From Patescibacteria group bacterium (GTDB taxonomy: Bacteria > Patescibacteriota > Patescibacteriia > 2-12-FULL-57-11), in NCBI GenBank assembly GCA_004297205.1, contig SCUL01000002.1, positions 6,429-70,428 of the forward strand: a DNA stretch of 64,000 nt, written 5' to 3'. The stretch's first letter is position 1; each line of letters opens with the position of its first letter. The translations under genes were made by a program, and so were the position numbers. Shown here in pieces: positions 58,729 to 64,000 of this stretch. The notes beneath the pieces were generated by a model. It did not search any database. It was given only the letters and a program-made list of their open reading frames with translations, and was not told the origin of the DNA.

Positions 58729-60150
58729 ATGAACTGGCTTCGCAAGGCCGTCATTCTTACGCTGTGCGCGGCGGTGTCCCTGCCGTCGGCTTTTCCTACG
58801 GTGGCACGCGCCGAGGTTGACCCGGAGCTGCTGTTCCCGGACAGCGAGTTGGAGCGGGCCGACGCCATGTCGCTCGACCAGATCCGCACCTTCCTCCAGA
58901 ACAAGGGTGGGCTGTCCCGGCTGGCACTCACGGACGTCGACGGCAGCACCAAAAGCGCGGCGGAGATCATCTGGCGCGTCGCCCATGACTATCGGATCAA
59001 CCCGAAGTTCCTGTTGGCGCTGTTGCAGCGCGAACAGTCGATCGTCGAAGCATCGAACCCGAGCGTCTACCAGCTCGACTGGGCCACCGGGTACGCCCGC
59101 TGCGACAGCTGCGACGCCGATCACCCGCTGGTGGCCGCCTATCGCGGCTTCGCCAAGCAGCTGGAAGGCGCGGCCCAGCGCATCCGCAACAACTACCTGG
59201 TGGATTTGGCCGTGCGCGGCACGACGCAAACCGGTTGGGGTCCCGGCATCACCAAGATCGTCGACGGCCTCGCGGTCACCCCGGCCAACAAAGCCACGGC
59301 CATCCTCTACACCTACACGCCGCACCTGAACGGCAACCTGAACTTCGCCCGCATCCTGAAGCGCTGGTTCACCAAGGGCTATCCGGACGGCACGGTGGTG
59401 AAATCGTCCGACGGCAAACGGTTCTGGCTGATCAGCGGCGGGCAGCGGCGGCCGTTCGCCTCGGCCACGGCGTTCTTCACGCGCTACAGCGCCTCGCAGG
59501 CCGTGGTCATCCCGGCCGACGAACTGGGCGACTACGAGGAAGGCACGGCGATCCGCTACCAGAACTACTCGCTGCTTCATGAGCCGGACGGAAAAATCTC
59601 CCTGCTCGACGGCGACACCATCCGACACATCGACTCCATGGAGACGTTCCGGCGCATCGGTTTCTCCCTCGACGAAGTGCTCGACGTGCCGTCGGAAGAC
59701 CTCATCGGCTACGCGCCGGGCTCGCCGATCACGCTGGCCTCCGCCTACCCCACCGGTTCGCTGCTCCAGGACCGCGCCAGCGGCGCCATCTACTGGGTGA
59801 AGGACGGCGTGCGGCAGGTCGTCATGTCCAAGGAGATCCTGAAGGTCAACTTCCCGCGGAACCGCATCGTGGTCGTGTCGTCGGAAACGCTCGATTCGTA
59901 CGCCTCCGGCACTCCGGTGCCGTTTGCCGACGGAACGCTGGTCGGCATCCAAGGTCAACCGCGCGTCTTTATCATCTCCAAGGGCCGGCGGCGGCCGATC
60001 CTGTCCGAAGCGGCCTTCCGCGCCTACGGCTGGAACTTCGCCAACGTCGTCTGGACGACCGAACCGGCGGTCATGATCCACGAGTCCGGCGAACCCGTCG
60101 ACGTGCCAAAACCCTCCGACGTCCAAAGCGCTTTTTCTCCCGTCCTATGA
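58729..60150 (+). CDS. secreted protein with N-terminal lysozyme/SLT-like region and four C-terminal ~65-aa repeats (putative cell-wall-binding/hydrolase)
   Basis: Signal peptide MNWLRKAVILTLCAAVSLPSAFPTVARA. N-terminal FLLALLQREQSIVEASNP...GY resembles a GH23/SLT fold. Four repeats follow the pattern (R/K)xFxIxxGxRRPxxS...Y...G.P. The start could be 58711. Confidence 0.6.
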   Translation: MNWLRKAVILTLCAAVSLPSAFPTVARAEVDPELLFPDSELERADAMSLDQIRTFLQNKGGLSRLALTDVDGSTKSAAEIIWRVAHDYRINPKFLLALLQREQSIVEASNPSVYQLDWATGYARCDSCDADHPLVAAYRGFAKQLEGAAQRIRNNYLVDLAVRGTTQTGWGPGITKIVDGLAVTPANKATAILYTYTPHLNGNLNFARILKRWFTKGYPDGTVVKSSDGKRFWLISGGQRRPFASATAFFTRYSASQAVVIPADELGDYEEGTAIRYQNYSLLHEPDGKISLLDGDTIRHIDSMETFRRIGFSLDEVLDVPSEDLIGYAPGSPITLASAYPTGSLLQDRASGAIYWVKDGVRQVVMSKEILKVNFPRNRIVVVSSETLDSYASGTPVPFADGTLVGIQGQPRVFIISKGRRRPILSEAAFRAYGWNFANVVWTTEPAVMIHESGEPVDVPKPSDVQSAFSPVL

Positions 60151-60935
60151 TCGTTTTCTCCGCCATCGTCCCCCACTCGCCGCTGCTCCTCCCGGGCATC
60201 GGCAAAACCAACGCCAAGAAGCTCGCGCAGACGGTGGCCGGCGTGGCCGACATCGAACAACATTTGTACGTGACGCGTCCGGACACGCTGTGCATCATTT
60301 CGCCGCACGGCCAGGTGTTGGGCGACGCCTTCGGCATCAACCTGTCGGCGCAGTACGCCACGTCGTTCAAGGACTTCGGCGACTTCAAGACGTCCAAGAC
60401 GTTCCGCTCGGACTTCATGCTGATCGACCGCATCCAACGCGCCATCCGCAAGGACGTGCCGCTCGTCCTGCACAGCGACGAAACGCTCGACTACGGCTTT
60501 GGCGTCCCGCTCCACCTGCTGACGGAACACCTCCCGAACCCGACCGTCATCCCCATCACCACCTCCGGCCTGGACCTCAAGGCACATTTCGAATTCGGCA
60601 AGGCGATGCGCGACGAAATCCTGAACTCCAACAAACGCGTCGCCGTCATCGCTTCGGCCGATCTGTCGCACACGCTCACGAAAGACGCCCCCGGCGGGTT
60701 TTCAAAACGCGGCGCCGAGTTCGACGCCAAGGTGCAGGAGCTGCTTTCCCAACGCAACGTGCCCGGCCTGCTCCAGATGGATCCGAAGCTCTGCAGCGAA
60801 GCCAAAGAGTGCGGCCTGCGCGCCATGCTCGTCGCGCTCGGACTCATGGACGGCATCGACTACACGGCCCGCCTCGTCTCTTACGAAGGACCCCTCGGCA
60901 TCGGCTACCTCGTCAGCCACCTCCAATTTTCCTAA
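60147..60935 (+). CDS. Memo-like / AmmeMemoRadiSam system protein B-like (class III extradiol dioxygenase fold)
   Basis: IVPHSPLLLPGIG...CIISPHG...ASADLSHTL matches the Memo/LigB-type pattern. ATGA-coupled to the upstream gene. Confidence 0.7.
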   Translation: MIVFSAIVPHSPLLLPGIGKTNAKKLAQTVAGVADIEQHLYVTRPDTLCIISPHGQVLGDAFGINLSAQYATSFKDFGDFKTSKTFRSDFMLIDRIQRAIRKDVPLVLHSDETLDYGFGVPLHLLTEHLPNPTVIPITTSGLDLKAHFEFGKAMRDEILNSNKRVAVIASADLSHTLTKDAPGGFSKRGAEFDAKVQELLSQRNVPGLLQMDPKLCSEAKECGLRAMLVALGLMDGIDYTARLVSYEGPLGIGYLVSHLQFS

Positions 60936-60936
60936 G

Positions 60937-62736
60937 ATGCGCATCCTCCGTCTCGCGCCCGCCCTGCGGCTGCCGCCGCGCTTCGGCTGGCTCGACTACG
61001 GCGCGCCGGAGGACGCGCCGCTCGGCCCCGGCGACATCGTCCGCGTCCCCTTCCGCGGGCGGCGCGTTGCGGCGCTCGTCCTTGAAGGGGCCGCAACGAG
61101 CAACGTGCCGCCGGCGCGCCTGACGACGCTCGCGGAAACGCCGGTCGTGGCGCGGCTCGACACCGTCACGCTCTCCTCCTTGCGTTACGCGGCGTCCCGC
61201 TTCCATGCGACCGTGCCGGCCCTGCTCACGGCGCTGCTGCCGGCCGTCCCGGCGCGTGCCACGCCCGCCGAAGTCCGTCCCGAGGCGCTGCGCAGCACGT
61301 TCTCGGGCGCGTTGTTGCGCCACCGCGGCGATGCCGTTGTGGCGTATGCCGCACGCATCCAGAAAACGTCCCGCGCCTTGCAGCAGACGATCCTCGCCGT
61401 CCCGGACATCCTGCGCGCCGAAGAGCTGGCCGAGGCGCTGCGCGCGCGCGACTTGTCCGTCTCCGTCTGCCACCACGACCTGGCCGCCGGCGCGCGCTGG
61501 AAGGCCTGGACGTCGCTGGCCGCCGGCACGGCAGACGTCCTGATCGCCACCAAGGCGGCCGTGTTGGCGCCCGCGCCGCGCTTGGGACTCGTCATCATCG
61601 ACGCGGAAGACGATCCGGACCACGTCCAGCGCGACGCCGCGCCGTACTACGACGCCCGGCTGGTCCTGGAACGCCGCGCCCGGGATGCCGGCGCGACGCT
61701 GCTGTTCGCCTCGGAGACGCCGCGCTTTGCCACGGCCTGGCGCGCCCGCGAGGAGGCCTGGACCGTGACCGCGCCCGTGGAAAAAGCGCCCCCGATGACG
61801 CTCGTCCCGATGCGCCAGGAATCGCGCGCCCTGGCGGCGCAGGCGCTATCCGGAACCTTTCTCGATGCGGCCCGGGGGGCTGTACAAGAAGGCAAAAACG
61901 TGATAGCTTTTCTCAACCGCGCGGCCGATGCCCGCATCCTCCGCTGTGAGGACTGCGGCGCACTCAGCCGCTGCGCAACCTGCGGTCTCGCACTCGCTCT
62001 CCACGATGGGACACTGCGCTGCGCGCGCTGCGGCACCACAGCGGACGTTCCGGCATCCTGCGCCTCGTGCGGCGGCATCCGCCTGAGCGGTCGCATCCCG
62101 GGCGTTGACGCCGTGGTCCGCGCGTTGCAGAAACAACTGCCCGGCACCCGCGTCGTCGGCCTGCAACGCGACCGCGGTCTTCCCGACGACTCCGTTCCGT
62201 CGATCTTCGTCGGCACGGAAACGCTCTTCAAAAATGCCCGGCCGCTGCTCGACCGTCCGCTCGGACTCGTCGCCGCCCTGGATGCCGACGGTCCGATGCG
62301 CCGCCCCGATTACCGGGCCGCGGAACACGCCTGGGCCGAACTGGAGCGGCTCGCCAATGCCGCCCGACGCCACGGCTGCCCGTTTCTGGTGCAGACCTGG
62401 GAAGCGCCGCACGCCGCGCTCCAAGCCGTGCAGCGCGGTTCACCCGCAACACTGGCAGCAACCGAGCTCGCCGACCGCAAACGGTTCGGGTATCCGCCGT
62501 TCCGCACCTCGTTCATCGCCCACCCGGGCGCCGCCGCGAATCCGGAACGGCTGTTGCGCACCGCTTTTCCGGATGCGGAACTCGCCCCGGTCGGTCGCGA
62601 CGACCGCCGGCGCGCCGTCAAAGGCCGCGCTGCGACCACGGTGCGCACCGCGCTTCCCGACGAGGCCGTTGCCGCCGCGCTCGACACCCTGCCCGCGGAC
62701 TGGATCATCGAACCTGAGCGTGAAAAGTATTTCTGA
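60937..62736 (+). CDS. priA: primosomal protein N' (PriA) homolog lacking helicase Walker A/B motifs
   Basis: N-terminal 3'-DNA-binding-like domain (VRVPFRGRRVAALVL). Eight-Cys zinc-binding insertion (CEDCG...CATCG...CARCG...CASCGG). The priA-def-fmt gene order is conserved. There is no GxxxxGK(T/S) motif, and DEEH is replaced by DAED. Confidence 0.7.
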   Translation: MRILRLAPALRLPPRFGWLDYGAPEDAPLGPGDIVRVPFRGRRVAALVLEGAATSNVPPARLTTLAETPVVARLDTVTLSSLRYAASRFHATVPALLTALLPAVPARATPAEVRPEALRSTFSGALLRHRGDAVVAYAARIQKTSRALQQTILAVPDILRAEELAEALRARDLSVSVCHHDLAAGARWKAWTSLAAGTADVLIATKAAVLAPAPRLGLVIIDAEDDPDHVQRDAAPYYDARLVLERRARDAGATLLFASETPRFATAWRAREEAWTVTAPVEKAPPMTLVPMRQESRALAAQALSGTFLDAARGAVQEGKNVIAFLNRAADARILRCEDCGALSRCATCGLALALHDGTLRCARCGTTADVPASCASCGGIRLSGRIPGVDAVVRALQKQLPGTRVVGLQRDRGLPDDSVPSIFVGTETLFKNARPLLDRPLGLVAALDADGPMRRPDYRAAEHAWAELERLANAARRHGCPFLVQTWEAPHAALQAVQRGSPATLAATELADRKRFGYPPFRTSFIAHPGAAANPERLLRTAFPDAELAPVGRDDRRRAVKGRAATTVRTALPDEAVAAALDTLPADWIIEPEREKYF

Positions 62737-62737
62737 C

Positions 62738-63220
62738 ATGGCCAAGCGCCTGCCCGTCATTTCCCTGCCGAATCCCATCCTTCGCAAGAAGGCCGCTTCG
62801 GTGCGCCCCGAGGAAATCACGACGCCGGCCTTCCAGAAGTTCCTTGAGGACATGGTCAAAACGATGTTCGAGGCCGACGGCGTCGGCCTGGCCGCGGTCC
62901 AGGTTGCCGTGGCCAAACAAGTCACCGTCATTTCCACAAAGGATGGCCCGATCGCGCTGATCAACCCGGTCGTGACGCGGATGGTCAAAAAGACGGAACG
63001 CGGCGAGGAGGGCTGCTTGTCCGTCCCCGGCGTCTGGGGACTGGTGGACCGCTCCGTGGAAATTGACGTTGAGGCGCTGGACCGCGATGCCAAGCCGCTG
63101 AAGTTCACCGCCAAAGGTTTCTTCGCCCGCGTCATCCAACATGAGACGGACCACCTCAACGGCATTCTTTTCGTGGACCGCGCAGTCGAAGTGAAGGAAG
63201 CGGATAACGCCACCGACTGA
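62738..63220 (+). CDS. def: peptide deformylase
   Basis: Motifs GVGLAAVQ, EGCLSVPG and QHETDHLNG. Confidence 0.93.
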   Translation: MAKRLPVISLPNPILRKKAASVRPEEITTPAFQKFLEDMVKTMFEADGVGLAAVQVAVAKQVTVISTKDGPIALINPVVTRMVKKTERGEEGCLSVPGVWGLVDRSVEIDVEALDRDAKPLKFTAKGFFARVIQHETDHLNGILFVDRAVEVKEADNATD

Positions 63221-63221
63221 C

Positions 63222-64000
63222 ATGGCCGCATTGCGCGTCGTCTTTTGGGGAACCTCGGCCTTCGCCGTGCCTGCGCTGCGCGCGCTGGCGGCCTTGCCTG
63301 ACGCCACGGTCGTCGCCGTCGTCGCCCAACCGGACAAGCCGCAAGGACGTCACGCCGAACCGGTCTCCTCGCCCGTCGCCGCAGCCGCGCGCGAACTCGG
63401 CCTGCCGCTGCTGCAACCCGAAAAAGTGAAGACGAAGGAATTTGAAAACACGCTGCGTGAACTTTCTCCGGACATGTCCGTCGTGACCGCCTACGGCCGC
63501 ATCATTCCGGAAGCCGTTCTGGCGATTCCGCGGTTGAGTACCCTGAACGTGCACCCGTCCTTGCTGCCGCGCTGGCGCGGTCCGTCCCCCATCCAATCGG
63601 CCATCGCCGCAGGCGATCCGGAGACCGGGGTGAGCATCATGCTGCTCGATGCCGAGATGGATCACGGTCCCTTGCTGGCACAGATGCGCGTGCCGTTGAG
63701 CGGCACCGAGCGTTATCCGGAACTCGAAACGCGGCTCGCCCATACCGGCGCCAAACTGCTTGCGGAAACGCTGCCGAGGTACGCGAACGGGCGCATGACG
63801 CCCAAGCCGCAGGACCACGAGAAGGCCACCTTCTGCACCCTCCTGACGCGTGACAGCGGACGGATCGATTGGAGCAAGAACGCCGCGGAAATTGAACGCT
63901 TGGAGCGTGCCTACGATCCTTGGCCCGGCGTTTGGACCGAGTGGACGGACGGCACGACGACGTTGCGCGCCAAGCTGTTCGATGCGCACGTCGAGAATTC
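63222..64000 (+). CDS. fmt: methionyl-tRNA formyltransferase (5' portion; continues past the window end)
   Basis: VVFWGTSAFAVP N-terminus, SLLPRWRGPSPIQ formyltransferase motif, and the start of the C-terminal domain. Confidence 0.92.
   Translation, partial: MAALRVVFWGTSAFAVPALRALAALPDATVVAVVAQPDKPQGRHAEPVSSPVAAAARELGLPLLQPEKVKTKEFENTLRELSPDMSVVTAYGRIIPEAVLAIPRLSTLNVHPSLLPRWRGPSPIQSAIAAGDPETGVSIMLLDAEMDHGPLLAQMRVPLSGTERYPELETRLAHTGAKLLAETLPRYANGRMTPKPQDHEKATFCTLLTRDSGRIDWSKNAAEIERLERAYDPWPGVWTEWTDGTTTLRAKLFDAHVEN

Overview
High-GC (roughly 65%) bacterial chromosomal segment, densely packed with genes; taxon not determinable from sequence. Many adjacent genes overlap by 4 nt (ATGA/GTGA junctions), and most predicted promoters sit less than 15 nt from the start codon, i.e. 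leaderless or near-leaderless. I found no rRNA, tRNA, CRISPR array, transposase or integrase.

Content is mostly housekeeping:
- a complete F-type ATP synthase operon (atpI-like, atpB, atpE, atpF, atpH, atpA, atpG, atpD, atpC), unusually interrupted by two opposite-strand small genes;
- a cell-shape and cell-wall block (mreB, mreC, mreD, PBP2);
- alr-ddl-ftsQ;
- aminoacyl-tRNA synthetases (metG, lysS, serS, gltX);
- clpB behind a sigma70-like promoter and a CIRCE operator;
- priA-like, def and fmt;
- an oxidative-stress pair (sod, peroxiredoxin) divergent from a DsbA-like gene;
- a copper module (HMA-domain membrane protein plus CopA);
- cfa, pepA, ddpX, an M20 peptidase and an M23 peptidase;
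- a UvrD-like helicase fused to an Fe-S PD-(D/E)XK nuclease domain.

Most worth a second look:
1. a candidate ~125-nt small RNA on the minus strand, with a consensus TTGACA-17-TATTAT promoter and an intrinsic terminator (1122-1283);
2. a ~220-bp lower-GC intergenic element carrying two perfect 16/17-bp inverted repeats (51096-51205);
3. a WecB/TagA-like glycosyltransferase reading frame that runs into gltX with no stop codon;
4. tandem PyrE-like phosphoribosyltransferase paralogs, the first with a degenerate PRPP loop;
5. an apparently frameshifted HAD-hydrolase remnant;
6. a PriA homolog lacking Walker A/B motifs.

No defense or mobile system is recognisable. All calls rest on reading the translated ORFs and the DNA by eye, without database searches.
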